This document shows positions 9,190 to 17,900 of a stretch of DNA of 31,218 nucleotides, piece after piece. Numbering within the stretch: position 1 is the first letter of the stretch; each line of letters opens with the position of its first letter. This DNA comes from Candidatus Hydrogenedentota bacterium. Its GTDB lineage: Bacteria; Hydrogenedentota; Hydrogenedentia; Hydrogenedentales; SLHB01. The position numbers and the translations under genes are program-made. The notes beneath the pieces are model-generated. The model ran no database searches. It was not told the DNA's origin and worked only from the letters and a program-made list of their open reading frames with translations. The stretch is from positions 1 to 31,218 of the forward strand of contig JAWXCN010000183.1 in NCBI GenBank assembly GCA_034408725.1, in the 5' to 3' direction.

Positions 9190-9930
9190 ATGGAAAGCTC
9201 GCGGAGATCATTTTTGAAATCGGCAGGTGGCGTCGCGGCGGCAGGCGCTGCTTTTGCCACGCCCAGCGTCGCCCTGGCGGCCGCGGAGGAAAAACCGGCA
9301 GCGGCCGGCGGCCTGACCGAACATAAATTACCCGACCTGCCGTATCCCTACGAGGCTTTAGAACCGCATATCGATGCGGAAACGATGAAGCTGCATCATG
9401 ACAAGCACCATGCGGGGTACGTGACCAATCTGAATAAGGCGGAGAAGGCGCTCGCCGACGCGCGGGCCGCGAACGATTTCGCGCTGATACAGCATTGGTC
9501 CAAATCGGCTGCGTTTAACGGCGGCGGCCATGCGTTGCACTCCCTGTTCTGGACGATCATGGCGCCGGCGGGCAAAGGCGGCGGCGGTGAACCGGCAGGC
9601 GCGCTCGCCGATAAAATCAAAGAGGACTTTGGAAGTTTCGCTGCCTTCAAAGGCCAGTTCGGCGCGGCGGCGAAAGCAGTCGAGGGATCAGGATGGGCGC
9701 TGCTGCACCACCGGATTACCGATGGCCGGCTCATCGTGTTGCAAGCGGAGAACCAGCACAAGCTCAGTTCGTGGGACAGCGTGCCCATCCTGGGCATTGA
9801 TGTGTGGGAACACGCCTATTATGTAACCTACCGGAACGATCGCGGGAAATACGTCGATGCCTGGTGGAACGTCGTAAACTGGGAACAGGTCGCGAAGAAT
9901 CTCGCCGCGCACAGCCACAAGCCCGCATAA
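9190..9930 (+). CDS. sodA: Fe/Mn superoxide dismutase (Mn-type signature) with Tat signal peptide
   Basis: RBS agggag; SRRSFLK Tat motif; LPYPYEALEPHID, HHDKHH, NGGGHALHSLFW, NQ, DVWEHAYY. Confidence 0.88.
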   Translation: MESSRRSFLKSAGGVAAAGAAFATPSVALAAAEEKPAAAGGLTEHKLPDLPYPYEALEPHIDAETMKLHHDKHHAGYVTNLNKAEKALADARAANDFALIQHWSKSAAFNGGGHALHSLFWTIMAPAGKGGGGEPAGALADKIKEDFGSFAAFKGQFGAAAKAVEGSGWALLHHRITDGRLIVLQAENQHKLSSWDSVPILGIDVWEHAYYVTYRNDRGKYVDAWWNVVNWEQVAKNLAAHSHKPA

Positions 9931-9938
9931 GCGGACTC

Positions 9939-9982
9939 AAAAAAACTCGGGCGCCCTCGACCAACGGTCAAGGGCGCCCTTT
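9939..9982. terminator. Bidirectional terminator between convergent genes
   Basis: aaaaaaa...gggcgccct-c-gacc-aac-ggtc-a-agggcgccc-ttt. Confidence 0.7.
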
Positions 9983-9999
9983 CAATTTCCTACGATGCG

Positions 10000-10716
10000 C
10001 TACGACTTTTTTGCCGGACGCGTAAACGTAAAGTCCTGTGCGGCGTCGCCCTCGGCGACTTTCACCGTGGCGACCTGTTTGCCAAGCCGTTCGTGATATG
10101 CGGTAAGTTCATATTCGCCGGGTTCGAGGCCTTCAATCTTGTATGCGCCGTCTTCCTTCGTTATCGAGAAGAATGGGTGCGTCACGACCGCGCAATACGC
10201 AAACATCCAGGGGTGTATGTCGCACTTGAATTGGAACGGCGCTTCCGGCTTGTCGAAGGTGATCTCTTTTTCCTTCATCGATGCCGGCATCGCCGTATTG
10301 TTCGGCTTGTTCACCTTTGGCAGATAATTCACATTGTGCAGCATGCTATCGGGATTCAGCACCTTCAATGGCTGGCCCACGCGCACCGCGACCATGCGCG
10401 GCGAATATTGGCAACCCTCCTGTGTGAGCACGACGGGCTCTGCCGGCACGGGATACTCTTTCGCCGGCACGCCCTTTGTCACCTCGACGTAAATGTTTGC
10501 GATCTCGCGGTTCGGGCCAAGCACCAATACTTCGTTTAACACTGGTTTGTCTTTGTGCATCGCGTGGCACTCCGGCACGGCGCTCATGTCCACCGGCTTC
10601 ATCGGCGGCGCTTCGCCCTCGAACTTTACCGTGCCGGTGATAGAACCAGCCTGCGCTGACACCGCTAGAGCGGCGGCAACAAGCGCGGCCGCGATTGCGT
10701 GTTGAATACGGTTCAT
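10000..10716 (-). CDS. Secreted cupredoxin-like / carboxypeptidase-regulatory-like domain protein
   Basis: RBS ggag; signal peptide ending AQA; GSITGTVKFEG; QEGCQYSP; LHNV; CDIHPWM (type-1-Cu-like ligand set); GAYKIEGLEPGEYELTAYHE. Confidence 0.7.
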   Translation of the reverse strand: MNRIQHAIAAALVAAALAVSAQAGSITGTVKFEGEAPPMKPVDMSAVPECHAMHKDKPVLNEVLVLGPNREIANIYVEVTKGVPAKEYPVPAEPVVLTQEGCQYSPRMVAVRVGQPLKVLNPDSMLHNVNYLPKVNKPNNTAMPASMKEKEITFDKPEAPFQFKCDIHPWMFAYCAVVTHPFFSITKEDGAYKIEGLEPGEYELTAYHERLGKQVATVKVAEGDAAQDFTFTRPAKKS

Positions 10717-10904
10717 GGATGGGGTACTCCTGCAAAAAGAATTTGCCGTCTGTAATCGAGGCATTTGAGACTATGTTAGCAAATTGCGGGCCAACGGGGC
10801 AATTTGCAAAGCGTGCTGAATTAAGACGACATGGCATTCACACTATTCATAATTGATCTCCACGCGCGTGCGCCTGTTTACGATGGCTTGTCGGCGAAAA
10901 AACC

Positions 10905-10948
10905 GTGGGAATTATGAGATGAATGGGACTGATGGGAAGAATGAAATG
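10905..10948. repeat. Left array of degenerate 9-bp units (ATGGGANNN)
   Basis: gtgggaatt atgagatga atgggactg atgggaaga atgaaatg; inverted relative to 11033-11077 and 11665-11710. Confidence 0.8.
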
Positions 10949-11659
10949 CCCGCGAAAGGCCAGAAGCAAAATCAGCCGCCAGCCAATGACGATCTTACAA
11001 AGTCAACTTCGGAGAAGGAAACTTCGCCCAGCTCCCGTAATTCCCATACCTCTCATACGTCCCATTCCTCCCATCGCCTTCTTCCGCCACGAGGCGATTA
11101 TCGAACTCTGATTACATATCAAAAAGCTGAAACGCTCCATGACATGACATTTCGATTCTGTCGCAGATTCTTAGCCCGTGGAGATCGCACTATCGATCAG
11201 ATGGTGCAGGCTGCGCGATCGGGAAAGCAAAACATTGTCGAGGGCAGCCAAGCCGCGACTACATCAAAGGAATCCGAAATAAGATTAACCAACGTTGCGC
11301 GGGCGAGTCTGGAAGAACTTCTTCAAGACTTCCGCGATTTTTTGCGCGTTCGGGAACTTCCGGTATGGGAAAAAGACAGCAGGTAAGCAAGATACGCCCG
11401 AAAACTCGGAACGCAGTCTCCGCTCACGTATGAAACATTCCGGGAAATTGTCCAGACACGTCCTGCCGAAGTCGTGGCCAATATTGCAATCTGCTTGATT
11501 CATTAAACCAACTATCTGCTTGACCGGCAACTTCAAAGCCTCGAAAAAGCATTCCTAAAAGAAGGCGGTCTCCGCGAGCGCATGACCCGTGCCCGGCTCC
11601 ACGCACGTGATGAACAAAGAAACCGTGACCGGAATCACGGCGAAAATATGTCAAGTTGA
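10919..11659 (+). pseudogene. Four-helix-bundle protein with suffix domain (TIGR02436/TIGR04258-like; 23S-IVP/Avd fold), broken by two in-frame TAA
   Basis: GDYRTLITYQKA, DRTIDQMVQAARSGKQNIVEGS, LTNVARASLEELLQDFRDFLR; same frame continues after TAA 11384-11386 (ARYARKLG...RPAEVVANIAICLIH) and TAA 11504-11506 (TNYLLDRQLQSLEKAFLKEGGLRERMTRARL) to TGA 11657-11659. Start codon uncertain. Confidence 0.85.
11033..11077. repeat. Internal 9-bp tandem array (TCCCATNNN x5) encoding SRN-SHT-SHT-SHS-SHR
   Basis: tcccgtaat tcccatacc tctcatacg tcccattcc tcccatcgc. Confidence 0.85.
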
Positions 11660-11664
11660 AAACG

Positions 11665-11710
11665 CATTCCATTCTATCCCAGATGTTCCCATATCTCCCA
11701 TAATTCCCAT
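11665..11710. repeat. Right array of degenerate 9-bp units, inverted partner of 10905-10948
   Basis: Reverse complement atgggaattatgggagatatgggaacatctgggatagaatggaatg aligns with the left array gtgggaattatgagatgaatgggactgatgggaagaatgaaatg. Confidence 0.8.
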
Positions 11711-11825
11711 CCCACGCGAACGGCTCTGGAATGATTGCGCCGGAAATTAAGTTGAAATTGAAATCGCAGCCTATCGGCGCAATACTGTTCCCTTCAAAAC
11801 AAAATCGAGCCGAAAGGAAATCCCT

Positions 11826-14800
11826 GTGCGTTTAACATTTACCGCGCCGCGCCGCGTGTTGCTTGCCCTATTGTTGTTCCACCTCGTACCCGTTGCGTTT
11901 TCGCAGGATGCCGGCGAACAGGACAGCATCGATCGCGATTACAGTTCTGAACTTCCGCGGATTGCTCCTACAGAGCCGGCGGACGTGCAGAACACTTTCG
12001 AGGTGAAGCCGGGGTTTCGCATGGAGCTGATCGCGGCGGAACCATTGGTGCTCGATCCGGTGGCCATTGCGTATGACGAAGATGGTCGCGCCTATGTCGT
12101 GGACATGTGCGGGTACTCGGAAGAACGCGACGAAAACCTCAGCGTAATCGGGCTTCTCGAAGACACCGATGGCGACGGCAAATTTGATAAGCGCAGCGAT
12201 TTCTTGCCGGGATTGCAATGGCCGACCGCGGTAGCGTGTTATGACGGCGGCGTGTTCATCGGAATGCCACCCGACATTATCTATGCGAAAGATACGGATG
12301 GTGATGGTATCGCGGATGTTAAAGAGACCGTCTACACCGGCTTCAACTGGAACAATGTCCAGGGAATGATGAACACCTTTCTCTGGGGGCCGGATGGCCG
12401 CATTCACGCATCGGCAAGCAGCACGGGCGCCGAGGCGCGGCTTGCGAATGATCCGAATGCGCCCGTGATGTCGTTGCGCGGACGTGATTTTGCATGGGAG
12501 CCGAAGACGCGCGCCTTGTTTGCCGAAAGTGGCGGCGCGCAGCATGGCATGAGCTACGACGACTTTGGGAGGAAGTACGTCTGCCACAACAGTTCCCACA
12601 TCGAGCTTGTCCTATACGAAGACCGGTACACGGCGCGCAACCCGTATTTGTCCGCGCCGAATTCGCGGGAAATCATCGCCGTGGACGGCGCCGCGGCGGA
12701 TGTGTTTCGCATCAGCCCCGTTGAGCCCTGGCGGATTGTGCGCACGCGGTTGCGGGTGAAGGGCATTACGCCCGGCATTATCGAAGGCGGCGGTACGGCG
12801 GCGGGATATTTCACCAGCGCGACGGGCGTGACGATTTATCGCGGTGATGCGTGGCCAGAGGAATACCGCAACAACGCGTTCATCGGCGATGTTGGCAGCA
12901 ATCTTGTACACCGCAAAATCCTTGATCCCGCTGGCGTGACACTCAAGGCGCATCGCGCCGAGGGCGAGGGGAAAACCGAGTTCGTGCGGTCGAAGGACAT
13001 CTGGTTCCGGCCCGTGCAATTCTCGAACTCGCCGGATGGCAACCTCGTCGTGATCGACATGTACCGCGAATATATCGAGCATCCCGCGAGCTTGCCGCCG
13101 GTGATAAAGAAGCACATGGATCTTACCAGTGGCCGCGATCGCGGCCGTCTGTATCGCATCGTGCCGGAAGATTTTAAGCAGCCGGAAATTCCGCAATTGA
13201 GCAAGGCGTCAACGGCGGAACTTGTGACTTTGCTAGATCATAGAAATTCATGGCACAGCGAAACCGCCGCGCGGCTCATCTATGAACGCCAAGATAAAAG
13301 TATTGTACCGGCCCTCGGCGCGATGATCGTTGCATCCACGTCGGAGTTGGGGCGAAAGAATGCGCTGTACGCGTTGCAGACACTGGACTCGCTTACGCCG
13401 GAAACACTGGTCAAAGGGATGAACGATTCGTCTCCGCTCGTGCGCGCAAACGCGGCGCGGATTGCGGAAACTCAAATAGACAATCAGGAAGTGCTCGCGA
13501 AGATGGCGTCACTTTCAGGCGATGAAGATATTCGCGTGCGGTATCAGGTCACGTATTCGCTGGGAGAAACGCAGGACCCGGTTGCATATGCCGCCCTTAC
13601 GCGCATTGCCGAGAGTGACGGAGCCGACCCGTGGTTTCAGTTCGCGATCAAGACCGCCTCATTCGCTGGGTCGGCGGAAATCTATGCGGCGCTCGTGGGC
13701 AATGAGACGTTCCGCGCGAAACCGGAGAACAGCGCGCTGTTGGTCTCGCTCGCGGAACAGGTGGGCGCGCGCGGTATCGCGGAAGAACTGACGAGGACGC
13801 TCGTCGGCATTGACGCGCTACCGGAGCCGAAAGCATCGCTCGCGCAGTCACAGGTGCGCGCGCTGATGCAGGGGTTGACGATTGGCGGAAAGAGCGCGGA
13901 AGCGAAAGAAATCCTTGCGCAATCTCCGAAGGCGGAGGCACTGCTCGCGCAATCACTCGAACAGGCGCGCGCGGTAGCGCCGGACGCGAAGGCCGAAGCT
14001 GGGGCGCGCGTGGACGCGATCAAGACGTTGGGATTCGATTCCTTCGAGAACGGCAAAACAATTCTGCCGCCGTTGTTGAACGTTGCGCAACCGGTTGAAG
14101 TTCAATTGGCCGCGCTGACGGGCCTTCGCAAATACGATGATCCCGCGATCGCCACGATCCTGTTGGAAGGTTGGGGCGATTTTAGTCCGCAGGTGCGCGC
14201 GCAGAGTATCGAGGCGCTGTTCTCTCGTAAAGCATGGACGCTCGCGCTGCTTGACGCAATTGAACAGGGAGCGTTCAAGGCGGGCCAGCTTGATTCCACG
14301 CGCATTCGCGCGTTGCAGACGAACCAGGATGCGGAGATAAAATCGCGCGCGGAATCGTTGCTCGCGCAGTTCAACTACGGAACGCGGCAGCCGGTCGTCG
14401 ATTCGTATCAGGAGGTGTTGGCGATGCAGGGCGACATCGCGCGCGGCAAGGCATCGTTCGTGGAAAACTGCTCGAAATGCCACATGCTCCAGGGGGTAGG
14501 ATTTTCGGTGGGGCCGGACCTGTCCGCGGTGGCAAACTTCGGGCCGGACAAAATTCTGATCAACGTTCTCGATCCGAACCGCGAAGTGAATCCGCAGTTT
14601 ATGAACTACACCATCGACACAGACGATCTCGAAACGCACAGCGGCGTCATCACGTCGGAGTCGGCGACGAGCATTACGCTGAAACGCGCCAGCGGCGAGA
14701 CAGACACGATCCTTCGCGTCAACATCGAGGACATCCGCAGCGACAACATCTCGATCATGCCCGAAGGATGGGAAGAAGCAATAGACAAACAGGCAATGGC

Positions 14801-14834
14801 GGATTTGATTGCATATCTGATGTCCATCAAATAG
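11826..14834 (+). CDS. PVC-type heme-binding CxxCH protein (putative membrane-bound dehydrogenase propeller + HEAT repeats + cytochrome c)
   Basis: RBS aaagga, GTG start, signal peptide; GFRMELIAAEPLVLDPVAI, EDTDGDGKFD, WFRPV, DMYREYIEHP, GRLYRI; HEAT-like middle; CSKCH...VGPDLS...ILINVLDPN...SIMPEG. Confidence 0.9.
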   Translation: MRLTFTAPRRVLLALLLFHLVPVAFSQDAGEQDSIDRDYSSELPRIAPTEPADVQNTFEVKPGFRMELIAAEPLVLDPVAIAYDEDGRAYVVDMCGYSEERDENLSVIGLLEDTDGDGKFDKRSDFLPGLQWPTAVACYDGGVFIGMPPDIIYAKDTDGDGIADVKETVYTGFNWNNVQGMMNTFLWGPDGRIHASASSTGAEARLANDPNAPVMSLRGRDFAWEPKTRALFAESGGAQHGMSYDDFGRKYVCHNSSHIELVLYEDRYTARNPYLSAPNSREIIAVDGAAADVFRISPVEPWRIVRTRLRVKGITPGIIEGGGTAAGYFTSATGVTIYRGDAWPEEYRNNAFIGDVGSNLVHRKILDPAGVTLKAHRAEGEGKTEFVRSKDIWFRPVQFSNSPDGNLVVIDMYREYIEHPASLPPVIKKHMDLTSGRDRGRLYRIVPEDFKQPEIPQLSKASTAELVTLLDHRNSWHSETAARLIYERQDKSIVPALGAMIVASTSELGRKNALYALQTLDSLTPETLVKGMNDSSPLVRANAARIAETQIDNQEVLAKMASLSGDEDIRVRYQVTYSLGETQDPVAYAALTRIAESDGADPWFQFAIKTASFAGSAEIYAALVGNETFRAKPENSALLVSLAEQVGARGIAEELTRTLVGIDALPEPKASLAQSQVRALMQGLTIGGKSAEAKEILAQSPKAEALLAQSLEQARAVAPDAKAEAGARVDAIKTLGFDSFENGKTILPPLLNVAQPVEVQLAALTGLRKYDDPAIATILLEGWGDFSPQVRAQSIEALFSRKAWTLALLDAIEQGAFKAGQLDSTRIRALQTNQDAEIKSRAESLLAQFNYGTRQPVVDSYQEVLAMQGDIARGKASFVENCSKCHMLQGVGFSVGPDLSAVANFGPDKILINVLDPNREVNPQFMNYTIDTDDLETHSGVITSESATSITLKRASGETDTILRVNIEDIRSDNISIMPEGWEEAIDKQAMADLIAYLMSIK

Positions 14835-14845
14835 CGCCAGCGGGA

Positions 14846-14986
14846 ACATCCCCCTAAATCCCCCTTCAAAGGGGGAATTTAAGAGGGGTACTTCACGGGC
14901 TAAGAAATGAACAGCGTTTTTGTGTCAACCGCCTTCAAATTGCGCCTCTTAAAAGTCCCCCTTTGAAGGGGGATTTAGGGGGATGT
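14846..14986. repeat. REPIN-like pair of ~41-bp inverted repeats between convergent genes
   Basis: acatccccctaaatcccccttcaaagggggaatttaagagg (14846-14886) vs cctcttaaaagtccccctttgaagggggatttagggggatgt (14945-14986); each arm has its own tccccctt/aaggggga hairpin. Confidence 0.9.
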
Positions 14987-17900
14987 CAACTCCAGCGTAT
15001 CTCGATCTGCAGGTACTTCCGATCTGTCACATCAATTGGAGTTGGGAAATTTATCGCGCACTGACCGTTGGCGTATTTGGCAGACACTCGAACTTTCTTG
15101 TGCGCAACGTCTACCGTAACGCGCGCGGGTTTTCCGAGATCGCGCGGTGTTGCGACAAGGATTTCTCTCAGCGTGAGTGTGCCATAGCGGATATCGAGTG
15201 CGTTGCGTTGCGCGCGCGCGTCCCGATGTTGCGACAGCGACCCCCACCCTTGCGCCGAAGTAAAGAACGATTTGAGATTTTCCGGCGTGACGCGAGGGGC
15301 GATGGTCAGGCTGGCCGCGCCGGCGTCATACACGAATCCAGCGGCGGCGTGCAGCAATGAATACGATGACATCGCGCGCGCATAATGGCCGCCGCATTCG
15401 ATCTCTGACCAGGGGTTGCGCTGGTTGCCGGTATATCGTTCCCGTGCGCCGCGGACAATTTGCATGCCTTCCTTGATCATACCTTCATAGAACATGGTTG
15501 CCGCGACGTGGTATTCGATACCGGTCCATACTTCGTCGCAATAGAGGATTGGGCGTTCAGGGCGTCCACCTTTGGGCCACGAGCCCACGAGCAAGCCCTT
15601 CTCGTTCCCGCGCGCGAACACGCGTTGGGTGTGATGATGGTCCGTGAGATCGGCGCGCCAGTTGTATTGGTAAATCGCTTGAAGCGCCGCCTTCACGCGC
15701 GCTTCCGGCAGCACATACCCCAACCCGAGTATGTGCGCCCACCACTGTCCCAGCAACTGATCCGAAAAACAGCCCGGACCGAAGCAATTGTTGTTGTTGT
15801 AGGTGATCGCATCGGCATTCGGAGCATCGAACACGTTGTAATAGTATTCGCCGTTCCAGCAGGTCTTGTCGTAACCCTCGCGGCCAAGCTCGAATCGGTC
15901 GCGAAATGTTTTAGCGGATTCCGTGTCACCCATGAGTTTCGCCATTTCTTCCGCGGCGCGCAGCGCAGCAAGGTATAGCGTGCCGATAAACGTGTTGCTT
16001 CCAAAGAGGTGTGTGTCATACGTGTTGGGTTGTTCGCCCTTGATCACGCCGTCGCCATCGATATCGTGTTCGCGCATGATATAGAGCATCAATGCGTGGG
16101 CGCGGTCCCACATTTTTTCCAACCAAGCGCGATCCCCGTGCATGCACCACTCGCGATAGGTCTTGAGGATTGTGCCGAGCTCGCCGTCCAATGCCGGATG
16201 CTCAGGTCCGCCAATTTGCTTGCCAAGACGCGGAAGTGAAAGCGGCAAAACGGTGCGATGCGGAATGTAATGTTCAGTGGGATGCATCTGGACCAGCAAG
16301 TCAGTTTCGCGCACGTTGCGTTCGAGCGCCGGAAACAGGTACGCGGCGGACATTGCGTAATTGTAGACGTGCGTGCAGTTCATCGGGCAGCACCGGTCTG
16401 ATCCCTCAAACCCGCCAATCGTGCCATCTTCCAGCCAGATATAGATTGGAGAACGTATGATCGACGCATTCGCTGAAACCGCGTCGAGACAATACTGCGG
16501 CAAGGTGCTGTTGTGGAATGTGGTGTGAAACCGCTGGGTTTCTTCGAGCAACCGCTTTTCGTTTTCGGCGATATAGGCAATGACCTCGGCGGCGTTGTTG
16601 AACCAGGTCGAATACTGGTTGCCCAATCGATGATCGTATTGGTAGTGTGGCGGGCCCCAGCCATACGTGTCGTCCCGCGTGCGGTTCGGCAGATGCCATG
16701 ACAAGACAAACGACAAAGTTCGTTCTTCATTTGGCGCCAGTGTCACCGAACCTGAAAGCGCACCGACCCAAGACGATCCCTGAGCGCTCGGCGCGCTATG
16801 CCCGGCCGTCAGCGCATCCTGCGTGAACTGCGACCAGAGGTCATTGAAATTGGCGGATTGCGCGCATGCTTTCGCACTAATCCCTCGCTCGGGAAGGAGG
16901 CCGAGCGCCATCGATCCCGCGAGTGGAGAGGACGGCGCCAATCCCGTTTGCGGCGTGTACGCAATGCCGGTTGCCGCGGCAATCAAGGCGCCGATGATCG
17001 CCTTGCGATCATTGCCTGTTGCAATCCGGTCAAGCGGACCGTTGCACACGATGATACGTCCTTCACCGTACTTTCCGGCGATAACGAGTGGCACACCTTT
17101 ATTTGTTTGCAGAAGCACGTTCGCGCCGGCTTTTAGTTTGAACCCGCGCGCTGTCCATGCGGGTTTCAATGCAATGTGGATATTCACGGCTGCAAAGAAG
17201 TCATCTTCCTCCGACAGCGGTTGTTCATCCGCGCTGTACGCATGTGTAGATCGCGCGCGAAACGGGAGCGCCTCGCGCAGGCTCTCCTCCAGCGCGGGGT
17301 CCGCGAGTGCAGCGCGCGGCGAATTGCTGAACTGAAAGTTGTCCGCGAGGATATGGCCCCAGCCGCCGGTGTTACTGTCCACGATTTCGATAGTCGCGGT
17401 TTTGCCGTGGTGCGCGCTAACGTCCCATCGAACGGGTCGTAGCTGTTCGGTGTTCTGTCCGCGTTCCGTGGCGATGACCGCGCCATCAATCACCAGATTT
17501 ACACAGGTTTCGTTTACGTGATTACCACCGCCAACCAGGAAATGTATGAAGCGATGTTCGATGGTGAACGCGCGCGACTTCATGGCGCCGGTGGGACCAT
17601 CGCCTTTTGCCCACGAATTCAGGTAATGCGTGCCCTTCCAACCGGAAACTTTTTGTTGTCCGTGATACGTGCCGGTAGCAGGTGTGTCGCCGAATGCGTC
17701 GCCTTCGATTTGCCAATTGCCGTATGTCCCTGACTCGAAGTCCTCGAACACATGCATCGGTTCCTGTTTCGATGGTTTGTTCAGCGCATCGTGGATTAAT
17801 GAAAAAGCGTCGCAGGTGAAGATTGTGTTCGCGCCCGCGTGCGTTTTACGCAGGAGCATTGCAAGCTCGTCCCCGGATAGCCGTCCGAGTTCATCAGTGG

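Noticed and set aside
11384-11506. Genome-wide TAA reassignment
   Set aside because: TAA terminates several intact genes in this window at their expected C-termini.
10905-11710. Diversity-generating retroelement or rRNA IVS
   Set aside because: No reverse transcriptase, TR/VR pair or rRNA sequence nearby; only the protein fold family is shared.
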